Assembly: GCF_006345805.1 (NCBI RefSeq)
Contig: NW_021831994.1
Span: 2,572-66,571, forward strand
Origin: Octopus sinensis
Lineage: Eukaryota
Reading direction: 5' to 3'
Length of the DNA: 64,000 nt
Part shown: piece by piece, positions 39,556-53,321 of the stretch
Position numbering within the stretch: position 1 is the stretch's first letter
Layout: every line of letters starts with the position of its first letter
Translations under genes and position numbers: made by a program
The notes under the pieces: generated by a model
Databases searched by the model: none
Told to the model about the DNA's origin: nothing
What the model saw: the letters and a program-made list of their open reading frames with translations, nothing else

Positions 39556-39945
39556 TTTTTTACACACAATAAACAATACATGAAAACAAATGTACGATTA
39601 CATACCAGCTATGAGCGCGAGACACAGACATTGCATACACCCAACCTACATATAGATACCTAATGCTACCTAATTAGCATACTGTTTTGTATGCGACACT
39701 GATTGTTATATATCTATATATATTATATGTTGTTTATTTATTTATACATTATTATATTTTTAAACGTTGGACTTTACATCTGTTCTGTAGATATAAATGA
39801 ATATATGAATATATGTATGTGTTTGATCTTTCTTTGAGGATTCTAGTAATATTGCTTTAGTTACTGCTCGCATTGCCTCCGCTCAGATAATAAGTGTATG
39901 TACTGTATATATATATTATATATATATATTATATATAATATATTA

Positions 39946-39991
<46 letters not shown>

Positions 39992-40160
39992 TTATATATA
40001 TACATATTATATACCTATTATATATATATATAATATATATATATATAACATATATGTACATATATAACATATACATATATATGACATATATATATATATA
40101 TATAATATAATATATATAAAACCTATGAATATATGTATATATATCTATATAAATATGAAT

Positions 40161-40213
<53 letters not shown>

Positions 40214-41042
40214 CATATACATATAAGTGTGTATGTATGTATAAGTGTAATATACATATATGTATCTGTAAGTATCATTTAATACTAATCCTTTAAATTC
40301 CAAATATATTTGGACACTGAATTGATTTTATATGTTCTTTGATTCAGCTATATCCTCTATAGTCTATATTATATATTCTTTCCTTCGTTTTCTCAAAAGG
40401 ACGGGTACATATATGCACATATGTGTATAGCATGTATAGATGAATGTATACCATATATATATATATTATGTGCATACATATATAGATATATAAGTGCGTA
40501 CACACGCATAGTGCTAACAGGCGTATATGCATCAACATAAATGTATATGTATATGAGTGTGTTTGTGTGCCTCTGTATGCTTGTGTGCGTGTGGGCATGG
40601 GTAGATTATTGCATGTCATATTATTTCTATTTCCCACAACCTCCATGTTTGCATAAAACGATGAGGCTTTTAATTACTGCTGAATCGACCCTGGTACATG
40701 AATGCTATTTTATTTTATCGGTCCCAAAACAATGATGGGTAAAGTTGATTTCTGAGGGAAACATTAAAGCACAAATGAAGAGACAAAGTGTGATATAATG
40801 TCGTTGAAACTATAGATGAATTTGTTTTCTGCCTGATAAGAGGAATTGTAAGATTGGTAAGGTGTAAAGCGATTGTTATCACGGAAATAATACGGCAGAA
40901 AATATATTAAAGAAGGTGGTAGGGAAGAAAGATAAGATGTCAGAGAAAGAGAGAAACAAAAAAAAAAAAAGATACTGACAGATTAAGAAAAAGTGAGAGG
41001 GAAAGAAACGAGAGAGCAAGAGCAATAATCAGAGAGATAAAT

Positions 41043-41075
<33 letters not shown>

Positions 41076-41199
41076 GCAATGCAGCGGAAGAACAATGAAA
41101 AGAGAAGTAACGAAATGAAAATACAGAGCAACAACTCTATTAATAATGATGATGATAATATCCACAACAAAAACGTTACAAATACTACGACTACTAAAG

Positions 41200-41204
<5 letters not shown>

Positions 41205-41263
<59 letters not shown>

Positions 41264-41270
41264 CAACAAA
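41205..41270. repeat. (TAA)n
   Basis: Directly visible. Confidence 0.95.
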
Positions 41271-41402
41271 AATGAATAAGAAGAGAAATAACCGTCATTG
41301 AGATGCGAACTTAAATGTAGCATAAATAAAAAAGAAATATGTAGTAGAAATATAACAGATGTCTAAGCTTTGTAAATACATAGAAATATGTATGTATGCA
41401 TA

Positions 41403-41784
41403 GTCGCAGGGTTGGTTGTGTGGTAATTAGTTTGCTTACCAACCACATGGTTCCGGGTTCAGTCCCACTGCGTGACACCTTGGGCAAGTGTCTTTTACTA
41501 TAGCCTCGGGCCGACCAAAGCCTTGTCAGTGGATTGCTAGACGGAGACTGAAAGAAGCCCATCATATATATGTGTGTGTGTATGTTTGTGTGTCTGTGTT
41601 TGTCCCACCAACACCGCTTGACAACCGATGCTGGTGTGTTTACGTCCTCGTAACTTAGCAGTTCGGCAAATGAGTAGGATAGAATAAGTACTAGGCTTAC
41701 AAAGAATAAGTCCTGGTTCGATCTGCTCGACTTAAGGCGGTGCCCCAGTATGGTCGCAGTCAAATGATTGAAACAACTACAACA

Positions 41785-41785
<1 letters not shown>
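41403..41785 (+). mobile_element. SINE family B
   Basis: Head, CORE-like domain and tail present. Confidence 0.9.
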
Positions 41786-41832
<47 letters not shown>

Positions 41833-41869
41833 ATAATATAATGTATATATGTATTTAATATATAATGTA

Positions 41870-42244
41870 TACTAGCAGTATCGCCCGGCGTTGCTCAGGT
41901 TTGTAAGGGAAATAACTATAGCATTTTCAGAGAGTTATAGCCAAAAAATAGGAAAAAAATGATGGTAAATTTTTTTTTGAGAGTTAAAAAAAGGATGGAG
42001 ATGCGTCCCCTAGACAGTTTGTGGTTCGTGTTTCTGATTCTCGACCCTGTCGAATTTATCGATTTTTTTCAGAACTGGGGGACTTTTCAAAATTTTGGCT
42101 GCGTTAGTTTTGAATTATGACATTGGGCTATGTGTGTGTCAAGTTTCATCAGCATCGGTTGAAAGCCGTGGTCAGGGTGAGGGTACAAGCAAACAGACAC
42201 ACAGAAACACGCACAGACAAACTGCCGTTTATATATAGAGAGAT
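41870..42244 (+). mobile_element. Non-autonomous Helentron/HINE (DINE-1/Lep1-like) element
   Basis: Starts TACTAGCAGTATCGCCCGGCGTTGC; internal AAGTTTCATCAGCATCGGTTGAA; ACAG/ACAC microsatellite; ends ACTGCCGTTTATATATAGAGAGAT, matching HINE architecture. Confidence 0.65.
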
Positions 42245-42450
42245 ATGTATTTAATAATATATTATTCTTAATATTAGGAAATCAATATCAAAACTCCCCA
42301 GTAAGATATACACGTGTGAAAAATAATTGTTGTATTAAAAGTATATAAATAAATAAATAAAAATATGTATAAAAATATACGTAAATATGTATAAGTATAA
42401 ATATATAATGTATATGACAGTTTAAAAGTTTTGAATCAACTGTTTAAAGC

Positions 42451-42540
42451 ATCTTACGATTGTTTCACAGAGGTGTTGTCCTTATAATAAAACCCTATAT
42501 TGATAAGCATTTATAGACAACTCCTCTGCTCTTCAGAGAT
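42451..42540 (-). ncRNA. Type I hammerhead ribozyme, near-canonical
   Basis: AUCU-CUGAAGA-GCAGAGG-A-GUUGUC..GACAAC-A-CCUCUGU-GAAA-C(AAUC)G-UA-AGAU; 13-bp stem II (G10.1-U11.1 wobble, one A/A mismatch); predicted cleavage between + positions 42455 and 42454. Confidence 0.78.
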
Positions 42541-42993
42541 ATAAAATTTTAATTCTGTATAACATATCGAATGGTAGTTTTTTTAAAATTTGAAGTAATA
42601 CTATAAAATGGTGTTTGTTTGAAAGATTTAATTAAAAATTTAAAAATTACTGCTTTTGATGAGGGACTTTAAATCCATATATACTTCCTTGGTTATTCTT
42701 CTGCAATAATCCCAAATATTCATATGTAAAATCCGTTATATTATCTTGTATTCCAAATATAGTTCATATAGTCAGTATAGAAATGTGAAATTTCAAGATT
42801 CTCATACTAAAGTATATACAAATTTTACATATGAATATCTATCTATCTACTATCTATCTATCTATCTATCTATCATCTATCTATCTATCTATCTATCTAT
42901 ATCTATATATATATATATATATATATATGTGGTGTGTGTGTGTATGTATGTATGTGATGTATACGTATGTATATATATATATATATATACATC

Positions 42994-43027
<34 letters not shown>

Positions 43028-43992
43028 ATATATGGCGTGTGTATATATATGTATATATAATATGTGTGTGTGTGCACACACATACAAACATACATACATA
43101 CATACATGTGTGTGTGTGTATTTATGTATGCATACTCAAGTACAAATCTAACAATGTATATTCTTAGAATATATGATAATACATCAAAATGTTATTTAAG
43201 CTAAGAGAAATAGTGGAATGTCCTGAAGAAAGTAATACAAGATTAAATTACTTTTTGAAGCTCTATATATTTTCGTATCAGAATGAAAAAAAAAACACAA
43301 TACAAAAAGAAAAAAACAACAAAAAATCTACGAGCATCTATAACCACTTGTGCAATAAAAGTGAAAAATTGTTAAAAGTACGACCCATTTCTCTCTTGTT
43401 CTCAGTCACATTTTTTGTCTTCCTCTCTTTCTCACTCCCTCTCTCTCTCTGTCTCTACCTCTAAATCTGTTTCTCGTCCCTTAAGGAAATCAGACACCAA
43501 TTTATCAATTGTTGCGTGGTGTCTTTTATTCGCAGGTATAAAAATCATCCGATAAGTAGGCATAGAATATTCAAAGTATGTCGTTCTATAACATGCGTAT
43601 TTTGGGATGTGTAAATGTATGTATGCAATTATGTGTGTAGGTTAGTAAGTAATGAAGGTAGGTTAGCTGTTTCGTAGGAGAAGGTACGTGTAGGTACAAA
43701 AGATTTTTCCGGTTTTTGTGCATTTACTCAAATATTTCCTTTGGTGATAGTTTTTTTTGTTCACTTATTCAGCGTTGCAAGAAATTCTTTCAAATGTATC
43801 AGCTTCAATATTGCACAAATGATGTTGGCATCAATTGTAAAATGCATCCTAGACTTGGCCCCCGTGCTATGCGTCCACTACAAAAATCTTACTCGGTACA
43901 CCTAGCAACATTACGTCACAATTGCTTTACCTCAACCGACCCAGTTCTCTTTAGTACATACCAAATACGTCAAAACGGAAACGGATCCTATA

Positions 43993-44405
43993 TAGGCGCA
44001 GGAGTGGCTCTATGGTAAGTAGCTTGCTAACCAACCACATGGTTCCAGGTTCAGTCCCACTGCGTGGCATCTTGGGTAAGTGTCTTCTGCTATAGCCCCG
44101 GGCCGACCAATGCCTTGTGAGTGGATTTGGTAGACGGAAACTGAAAGAAGCCTGTCCTTTATATGTATATATATATATATATGTGTGTGTATGTGTGTGT
44201 GTTTTTGTCTGTGTTTGTCCCCCTAGCATTGCTTGACAACCGATGCTGGTGTGTTTATGTCCCCCTCACTTGGTTCGGGAAAAAGAGACCGATAGAATAA
44301 GTACTGGGCTTACAAAGAATAAGTCCCGGGGTCGATTTGCTCGACTAAAGGTGGTGCTCCAGCATGGCCGCAGTCAAATGACTGAAACAAGTAAAAGAGT
44401 AAAAG
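43993..44405 (+). mobile_element. SINE family B, full-length
   Basis: All modules present; tail GAAACAAGTAAAAGAGTAAAAGAT. Confidence 0.92.
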
Positions 44406-44448
<43 letters not shown>

Positions 44449-44871
44449 GCACACACTTATATACATATCGTTGATATTATGCAAAAGTTTCGTTAGTCCA
44501 AAACTTTGCTTTATCAGAAGACGAAGAAATAGTTTCACAATTCCATAGCGCAAACGTCTTAGTACACTTGGACGATTTCCATAGCTTAGTTTGAAAAGCA
44601 ACTGGAGATACGATAGTTTTTGACTTAAAAAAAAAACGGCTATTGGAAGTAAAGATAAATATTTGAAAAAATGCCTTTGGGCAAATTTGGAGATACGATA
44701 TTTTAACTTAATAGCAACGATATATGCGTGTGTTGTGCGTGTATGTGTGAGTACATATATACAAATATGCATGTGTGTATGTAAATACATATTGCATATG
44801 AATGTCATACCTATATGTTATGTGTATGAGTGTACATACGTACACACACAAACAGTCAATCTATTCGTATA

Positions 44872-44914
<43 letters not shown>

Positions 44915-44918
44915 ATAT

Positions 44919-45122
44919 TTAGCGCGCCGGGCGAAATGCTTAGCGGTATTTCGTCTGTCGTTACGTTCTGAGTTCAAATTCCGCCGAGGTCGACTTTGCC
45001 TTTCATCCTCTCGGGGTCGATAAATAAAGTACCAGTTTCGCACTGGGTCGATGTAATCGACTTAACTCCTTTATCTGTCCTTGTTTGTCCCCTCTATGTT
45101 TAGCCCCTTGTGGGCAGTAAAG

Positions 45123-45125
<3 letters not shown>
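44919..45125 (+). mobile_element. SINE family C, slightly 5'-truncated
   Basis: TTAGCGCGCCGGGCGAAATGCTTAGCGG..GGGCAGTAAAGAAAT. Confidence 0.92.
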
Positions 45126-45164
<39 letters not shown>

Positions 45165-46370
45165 GTATATATATTTATATTCAATAACGCCGTGATTTAG
45201 CTCCATATAATCCAGTCTGGTGGACGTCGGAAACAGACGACCATATGCGTTGAATGTCATTTTCTTAAATTTGCGCATCCACTCCAATGTATATGTGTGC
45301 ACCTGCATGTGTTCGTGTGTGTGTGTGTGTGTGTCTCTGTGTGTGTGTGTGTGCGTGTGTGTGTGTGTGTGTGTAGAACAGTAACGACGGAGAGCTCAGA
45401 GTATTGGCATTCTATGACATCACTAGACTGATGGTGTAACTGGGCGAATCTTCGAAGTCACTGTCAAAAGTATTCTTGATAAAGAATATTAAATTGGTAC
45501 ACTACCAAAAGTATTGAGTTATCATTCAGTGTAATGTAAAATTATTTTTGTATTATCATAGAAATATCTATATGTCTGTGTGTATGTATATATGTATATA
45601 TATATTTGTGCATATATTCATACATATGTCTGTCTGTGTGAGTGTGCTTTTGTGTTTGGGGTTACATATGTATACATCTGGATTTTGAAGGTCACACAGC
45701 TTCTAAATTCAGACTACATCTTATTGTTACTATTATCTCTGTATCCTGATCCATTCAACGAATACTCGGGCCACTTAATTTTATTAGAGTGATTTATCGC
45801 TTCATTTCACTCTGTGTTTTCAAGAGTACAGACTTCAACATGCTTGATTTTTAACATTCACTCTGTTTCGATAGTTCTACCGATGTTATAAAAATACTAT
45901 ATATTCTCGTGTCGGTTTAAAAGTTGAATCTGACCTTCTCTTTGGCAGGTGTGTTGTTATGCTGACGTAAGATACTTTTCATGATTGTTTAGTTTACAGC
46001 AATTAGCACAATGTACGTATACTTTACAGACATACAATATAGCCTCGATGTCTCTGCCTCAAACAGCGAATGAAACTTGGAAGATAGAATCTTCAATATA
46101 GCGGATAAGAATTGCAATCATAGGTATGAAGAGACAATGAAACGGATGGGCTGAATTCGATAATATCTGATTTTGTCTATTTGGATATATTTTTATTGCA
46201 GACATGTTTGTATTGTAAAAATCGAGGAGGAAGTATGGGTCTGAGGTAACAGAACTCGCTTTGCAATTGCAAGACTGTGGTTTCTAAACTACTGCTTAGA
46301 ATTTTAGATCTGTATCTTCTATTCCGCATCCGACCACCAAACACCTTGTGAACTAAGTTATATATATATA

Positions 46371-46404
<34 letters not shown>

Positions 46405-46411
<7 letters not shown>

Positions 46412-46671
46412 ATCACGTGACCGACTAGACCATCAGATGTTGCTATACATCGCTGGTCACAATGCGCTTCACACTGTTTTAGCCTTCGAATGACGCCACC
46501 CCGCTAGCTAAGCGAGCAGGCCAACAGAAGAAAGAGTGAGAGAAAGTTGTGGTGAAAGAGTACGACAGGGATCACCACCACCTCCTTGCCGGAGCCTCGT
46601 GGAGCTTTTATGTGTTTTCGCTCAATAAATACTCACAACACCCGGTCTGAGAATCGAAACCCCGATCCTAC
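46405..46671 (-). mobile_element. SINE family A body with tail type 3 (ends GTCGGTCACGTGATCACGTGA)
   Basis: Body matches 4019 (GGTGGTGATCCCTG, AAAACAC, GGCTCCGGC); tail matches 53015. Confidence 0.85.
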
Positions 46672-46684
46672 AGCATATATATAG

Positions 46685-46741
<57 letters not shown>

Positions 46742-48278
46742 TGTGTATTTGTAAATGTGCGTATGTTTGTGTGCGTGTCAGCTTGGATATCCTTACGTTG
46801 AAACCGTTTGAAAAACAATGGTGTCTATATTTCTTTTCAGTTACTTAGCAGTGCGGCTAAGACACTTCGTAAAAATTAGTACGTAATTTTCGTCTGTGCT
46901 TTCTTTTTTTTCTTTTGATATTATCGGCGAATACCGTTCGAAGCAATACTCCAGCATGACCACGGACAAATGACCGAAACAAGTAAACGACGAAAACAAA
47001 GGGTATTGTAGTCATAAACAAGGCAACTAGTATAGGGCTTGAGTAGTGATGGAGCGTGGGCTAGTGTTTAGGATCGTGAGTTCAATCTCTGGGACGCGAA
47101 GAATAGTGTGTCCTTGAGAAATTTACTTGCATTAACGTTGCCCCGATGTATGTCAGCTGTAGGTGTGTACCAGCTGGATGCTGGTGCCGCTCTTTTCCTC
47201 CCAGCTGCTATATTTTCGATGTGCCAACGGTTTCTATGTTTGATTGAGACTATATAGTCACCTAAAACAATTACTGAAAGCATGGTACACGTTATATCAG
47301 GTCAAACTCCTACATGGATAACGGTTGGTTCTGTTCTGTACTTAGATGAATTTAGGCGCGTGGCTACGTAGTTAGAGGAGCTGGTCTCATAACTAGAAAG
47401 TTATGGGTTCAATTTATATCTTAGACGAGACACTGAATCATATTTGAAAGAATAAAGAGGGCTTCCATGTCTGCTCACGACTACACATGCGCCTTAAGCA
47501 ATCTGTGAAAGAATGGGATATGTTACCAGGCTACGCGTCCTCCTTAGTAACAAATTACTGTACTCCAATGTGTACGTTTTTGTTTATGTATAAGTTGTTA
47601 TAGAAGAAATTATTGATGTGGACCAGAGAGATTTTAGCAAAAGTATTTGTTTGATACTTAAAGGGTTATACGGCTAAATAGTGTTTGCGATTGGTTAAAT
47701 GCTACATTTTCTTATCTGGTGTAAGTTACGTGACTATTCTTGTTTAATGGTATTGTTGGTGATTGGTTTAGCTTTTCTGTATTGTTGCGTGAAGATTGTC
47801 ATTAAGAGCTTAACGTCAATCTAATTTGTGTGGCTTTTACTTTGGTCTGAATAGGTGAAGATTTTGTCAAACACACTTAGACATACACACACACACACAC
47901 ATGCGCACATACACGAATGCACACAAAACACACACGTGAAAGCTCGTTTCATAATTATGAGACTTTGAGTTCAATCTCAATGTGAAGCATTGCAGACAGC
48001 TGAATTTTTCAATAGCTTTGAGCCGAGCAATTCTTTGCAAGTGAAACTGTACGGAAGCCCATCGCACGAATTGTGCGTGGAATTGAAAATATAAAGCCTC
48101 ATCATAGGATGTGTGACGCTGACGTTTCACTACGAAATATGTTGATGATTTATTTATCAGTAGAACACTCAGCGACATCCATGTTAATTCAATGAACAGT
48201 AAATTCCCTTACCCAGGCAAGTGAATTGGCATTATGAAACCGACGGAGATCCCACCCCCTCCTTTACAATTTCTCTCA

Positions 48279-48312
<34 letters not shown>

Positions 48313-48388
48313 ATGAGTGCGTGTGTATATATATATATATTGTGTGTGTATGTGTTTATATATATATATATATATTGTGTGTGTATGT

Positions 48389-48422
<34 letters not shown>

Positions 48423-48851
48423 ACAAACACACCCGCCGCCCAACCATATATATATTGATATGTACTGATAGAGTTTAACTGAGATTACTAGATTCGCAAT
48501 ACGAATACAACCTTTTTGGATATTTGAAATTTTTGACAAAAGACTAACCAGGTTTACGATATCAGACGTATTCTGGAAAATTCGAAACCCGAGTACTAGG
48601 CTGTCCATCCTAGGTTGTCCATTTCTCAGGCGTTTTTCTTAGAGGTAAGAGAAAAACTTTTATGTTCGGCGCCCGCACACATCTTTGCTTCTATACCTTC
48701 AGTGAAGCGTTAGATAGCGTCAGACGGTTATCGACTGCTATTTTCAGCAACCATAGGTGCCTTGTTGTGTTACTATTTCCTATTAATATATATATTAGAA
48801 ATATTAAATTTCTAAATCTCTCAAAGAGAAATGAGCGGTGGTGGAGCGATA

Positions 48852-49102
48852 GAGTGGTTGTATACTGTCAACATAACGTGACAGTCCCGTATGGGCTGAT
48901 GACGGTTTAAGACCCAGAAACATGCATGTCCTCAGGTGTGAATCTTGGCTGGTGTGGGTGCTTGTCCCCCCCCCTCACAAATATAAGAGCACAGGAAATG
49001 TGTCAAAGCCGACAGGAAGCGTCGATGCTTCCTAGGGCTAAACAGCGGTGGTGTAATTCCCATACGGGACTGTCACGTTATGTTGACAGTATACAACCAC
49101 TC
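48852..49102 (+). mobile_element. 251-bp fold-back element with perfect 44-bp inverted ends and an HHR at the left junction
   Basis: GAGTGGTTGTATACTGTCAACATAACGTGACAGTCCCGTATGGG (48852-48895) is the exact reverse complement of 49059-49102; second family copy at 53322. Confidence 0.88.
48892..48934 (+). ncRNA. Minimal type I hammerhead motif
   Basis: UGGG-CUGAUGA-CGGU(UUAAG)ACCCA-GAAA-CAUGCAUG-UC-CUCA; GUC triplet; perfect palindrome ACAUGCAUGU; base of stem II imperfect. Confidence 0.62.
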
Positions 49103-49103
49103 A

Positions 49104-49163
<60 letters not shown>

Positions 49164-50071
49164 ATGTATGTATATATATAAAAGATGCATACACTTGTGT
49201 GTTTGTTATAAGAGGTCATTTAGTGCATTAAAGATTGGTATTTGTAAACAAGTCATTATTACAATAGTTGAACTAATTGATCTAATTGACCTCTCGAATG
49301 ATCTTAGTAATTACAGATACGCGTGTATGTGTGTGTGTCAGTGTCTGTGAATAAATGTCTGGGTGTGAATCTATTTTGCAACTGATGAATCCGCCAACCG
49401 CTTTGTAAATATTTCCAGCAATCATCTATCAATATTATAGAAGCGGACTTAAATTATAAACCTCTGCATATGCATACCCCCATTTGTCTTAACGTAAGTC
49501 CTTAGTAGAGTGAACCATACAAGTGTGTGACAAAGCTGTACTTATGTATTACCTGTAATACACAAGTAGAATCCATCCAATGTGCTTCTGTACAATTTCT
49601 CTCAGCATAATTTCCCATATAAGGTATGGGTCCAACTGATGCTGTATAAAATTACATTTACCTAAGATGCAAGGCAGAGAAATCGAACCCGAGACATCGT
49701 GGTTGTAATGCACATTTTTTTAACCATTCGGTCATACTGCAACTATCTCTGCAGTACCTGTTTCCAATGTCTGATGCAGAGAGGGGGTAATTGCTCCGAA
49801 ATGCATGCATCCAACAGTCTGGATAGGAAGCGTTTTGAAATGGCTTGGCGTATTTACACCTATTTCTCTGCAGTGAGAAATGTTCTCCATGACAAAATAC
49901 AGTAAATGGCTGTCTCACGGTTTCGAATATGCCCCTAAGCATATATGAACTGGTATCGAGTTTGTATTTATACACATCACCGATCAGCGCCGCTACTAAT
50001 CCGTATATCATATACATATATGCATAATATATATAAACATATATATATAATATATATATATATATTATGTT

Positions 50072-50120
<49 letters not shown>

Positions 50121-50224
50121 ATATATATATATATATAATTATATATCAGCAGCATAATTGAGTTTCAGATGAATTAGGTACTTAAGTTGAGGCACCAAAA
50201 ATTAGTACGCTATTATCCGTAAAT

Positions 50225-50430
50225 TTCATAATAAGGTGAATAAAATCAAAATGCGCAAAAGCATATCCAGAGGTGATGCAGTACGACCGTTTCAGGAGGC
50301 TCCATTTAATTGAACTATGCAATTATTACATCACTTTAAATGCAGAGCTATCCTCAGCTGCATAAATACATGAATAGAATTAATTTTAAAAGTCGGACAC
50401 ATTTGTATAATTTTACTTAAATCCTCTAAG
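50225..50430 (-). mobile_element. PLE-type terminal fragment (21531 family)
   Basis: GCATATCCAGAGGTGATGCAGTACGACCGTTTCA..CCATTTAATTGAAC..ATAATTTTACTTAAAT aligns with 21540-21700. Confidence 0.75.
50276..50363 (-). ncRNA. Hammerhead-like motif: 6-bp stem I, intact core, irregular stem II base
   Basis: AUGCAG-CUGAGGA-UAGCUC..GAGCCUCCU-GAAA-C(GGUC)G-UA-CUGCAU. Confidence 0.5.
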
Positions 50431-50789
50431 AGGGTAAGAAGACAGACAAAATCCATGCTGTTTCAGCTTAGAAGCTACTAAGACATGAAGAAAAAAAGTG
50501 GAATTTCTTAGGGTTCTAGCTGCTCACTGATTTGGAGGGGGGCGGTTTTGATTTATAGACTTGTTTATCAAATCTTTGTATTTCACATTCTAAGACAATA
50601 GAGCAGTGTCTGTTAGGAAAGGGCATGAAGGAGATGACAGAATCAAAGTGGGTATAGTCATAAAACGTGTCAAGAATATTTTGAACTAGTATAAAGTAAC
50701 TGGCTACAATGAGATTTGTTAAAGGAAGATCTTAAATCAAGATGCTAATTACCAGTAATTAACATCTTGTTAACTGGTAATTAACATAT

Positions 50790-51509
50790 TGTTTTCTTTC
50801 AGTCATTTGACTGCGGCCATGCTGCAGTACCACTCTACTCGAACAAATCGACGCCAGGACTTATTCTTTGTAAGACCAGTACTTATTCTATCTTTTTCTT
50901 TTGCCGAACCGCTAAGTTACCGGGATGTAAACACGCCAACATCGGTTGTCAAGCGATGGTGGGAGACAACAGACACACGCACACACACATATGAATATGT
51001 GCCATGCAGAGGAACTGAAGCCAGAATCATGTGGTTGGTAAGCGAGCTATTTACAATACACCCACTCCTGCGCCTATATAAGTATGTGTGTATGTAAGTA
51101 TATGTATGTATATTACTCTTTTACTCTTTTACTCTTTTACTTGTTTCAGTCATTTGACTGCGGCCATGCTGGAGCACCGCCTTTAATCGAGCAATTCGAT
51201 CCCGGGACTTATTCTTTTGTAAGCCCAGTACTTACTCTATCGGTCTCTTTTGCCGAACTGCTAAGTAACGGGGACATAACACACCAGCATCGGTTGTCAG
51301 CAATGCTAGGGGGACAAACACACACACATACACTCATATATATATACATATATACGACGGGCTTCTTTCAGTTTCCGTGTACCAAATCCACTCACAAGGC
51401 TTTGGTCGGCCCGAGGCTATAGTAGAAGACACTTGCCCAAGGTGTCACGCAGTGGGACTGAACCCGGAACCATGTGGTTGGTAAACAAGCTACTTACCAC
51501 ACAGCCACT

Positions 51510-51512
<3 letters not shown>
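50790..51512 (-). mobile_element. Two tandem family B SINEs: internally deleted 50790-51078 and full 51113-51512
   Basis: Reverse-complement matches to the 1054 and 43993 copies. Confidence 0.88.
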
Positions 51513-51548
<36 letters not shown>

Positions 51549-52624
51549 TATATTCTGTTGTGTCTGGGAACTCATATAAACAATCTTGCAAACCAAATCC
51601 AAAAACGAAATATATAATATATATTATATATTATATCTCTATATATATACATACATATACTTACATTCACACATACTTATATAGGCGTAGGAGTGGCGGC
51701 ATTGTAAATAGCTCGCTTACCAAACACGTGATTCTGGGTTATATATATATACTATATATATATATATATATATCCGTATATAGGTTTGCACGTATTATAT
51801 ACGTACAGACTCCCACACACAGCCAAACACCATATTGTTTTCGAACAAGAAACAGCAACTACAACAGAGAACGGACCAAAAACTAGAAGGAAAGGAAGAT
51901 ATGATGAATATGTGTGTGTGCGCGTGTGTATGTATGTGTGTGTGTATGTGTGTGTGTGTATGTGTGTGTGTGTGTGTGTTCCGTATTTTAGTTTATGTTA
52001 ATATGGTGTACATTAATGTTATGTTATGTTGTTTAGTCTGTGTCTCTGACTACTTCATTTCAGGTAATAATTTCCATCTTTTCCAAAAAGAAACATGTCT
52101 GATCTGACATTTCTTCCTCTTGAACAACAACAAGAATATAAAAACGACAACAACAACAACAACAACAACAAAAACTACTACTACTTCTACTACTATCACT
52201 ACAACTACAGCAGCAACGACAAGAACATCAGCGACACAAGCAATATTAAGAGACCTGTTACAGACTTAATACTCCATTCTATGTGATTTGTGACGTTGCT
52301 TCACAATATGTTCAAACTGTACACAATATATTTCCTCTCTCAATATATTTCCTCTTTAATATATTCTTATGTTGCACGACACGTGCTTAATCGTACAGGT
52401 GATCTGTCGGTGAAAAACATCATGCTTTCCTGGATGTTGCGAGTTCAAATACAAACTGACCACTGTGCACTTTTTCGTTATTTCCTCAGCCTGGAATTGG
52501 TCACACGTCACATTATCGTCGTTAAACGTGTATGGTTCTGTTTAGAAGGTGGTGGTGATTGAGAAGACCTATGAGCAAACAGACTCCATCTTACCTGTTA
52601 CTGTCACACCTCTTACTATCACAT

Positions 52625-52833
52625 ATTGGTTTCAAATTTTGGCACAAAGCCAGCAATTTCAGGGCAGTGTGTAAGTCCATTATATTCGACATTAGTATTC
52701 AGCTGGTATTATTTTATCTACCCCGAAAGGACTAAATGCAAAATCGGCCTCGGCGGAATTTGAACACAGACGGACGAAATGCGGACAAGCATTCTGCTAG
52801 GCGTACTTAACACTCTGCCAGTTCGTCGCCTTC
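52625..52833 (-). mobile_element. SINE family C variant
   Basis: GGTTTCAAATTTTGGCACAA..CTACCCCGAAAGGA..GGCGGAATTTGAAC..CTGCCAGTTCGTCGCC. Confidence 0.78.
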
Positions 52834-52957
52834 TTTAACTATCACGTATTCTATATCCAAAACTGTATTCACTCAAGTCCCTTGAGTGTGAGTACGTGTG
52901 TATGTGGGCGTACTTGTGAATGTATGCAGGTATGTACGCATATATTGTGTATGTATA

Positions 52958-53014
<57 letters not shown>

Positions 53015-53292
53015 TGGAGGCGCAATGGCCTAGTCGGAAGATCGGGGTTTCGATTCCCAGACCGGGCGTTGTGTGTGTTTATTGAGCGAAAACACCTAAA
53101 AGATCCACGAACCTCAGGAAGGGGGTGGTGATCCCTGCTGTACTCTTTCGCCACATCTTTCTCTCACTCTTTCTTCTCTCACACTCTTTCTTCTTAGCCA
53201 GCGGGGTTGCGTCATTCGAAGGCTAAAACAATGCGAACGAATTGTGACTAGCGATGTGTAGCAACATCTGATAGCCTGGTCGGTCACGTGAT
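53015..53292 (+). mobile_element. SINE family A head/body with tail type 3
   Basis: TGGAGGCGCAATGGCCTAG head; tail GCGTCATTCGAAGGCTAAAACAATGC..GGTCGGTCACGTGAT. Confidence 0.85.
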
Positions 53293-53321
53293 CTTTATTT
53301 ATGAAAGATAACAAATATGTA

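Noticed and set aside
43220-43265. CTGAAGA-AAGTAAT..ATTACTTT-TTGAAG hammerhead-like string
   Set aside because: GAAG instead of GAAA, with no stem I/III partner; chance hairpin or unrecognisable relic.
49758-49817. HHR-like string CTGATGC..CTCC-GAAA-TGCATGCA-TC-CAACAG
   Set aside because: A9C and displaced stem I; counted only as a possible relic, not called as a feature.
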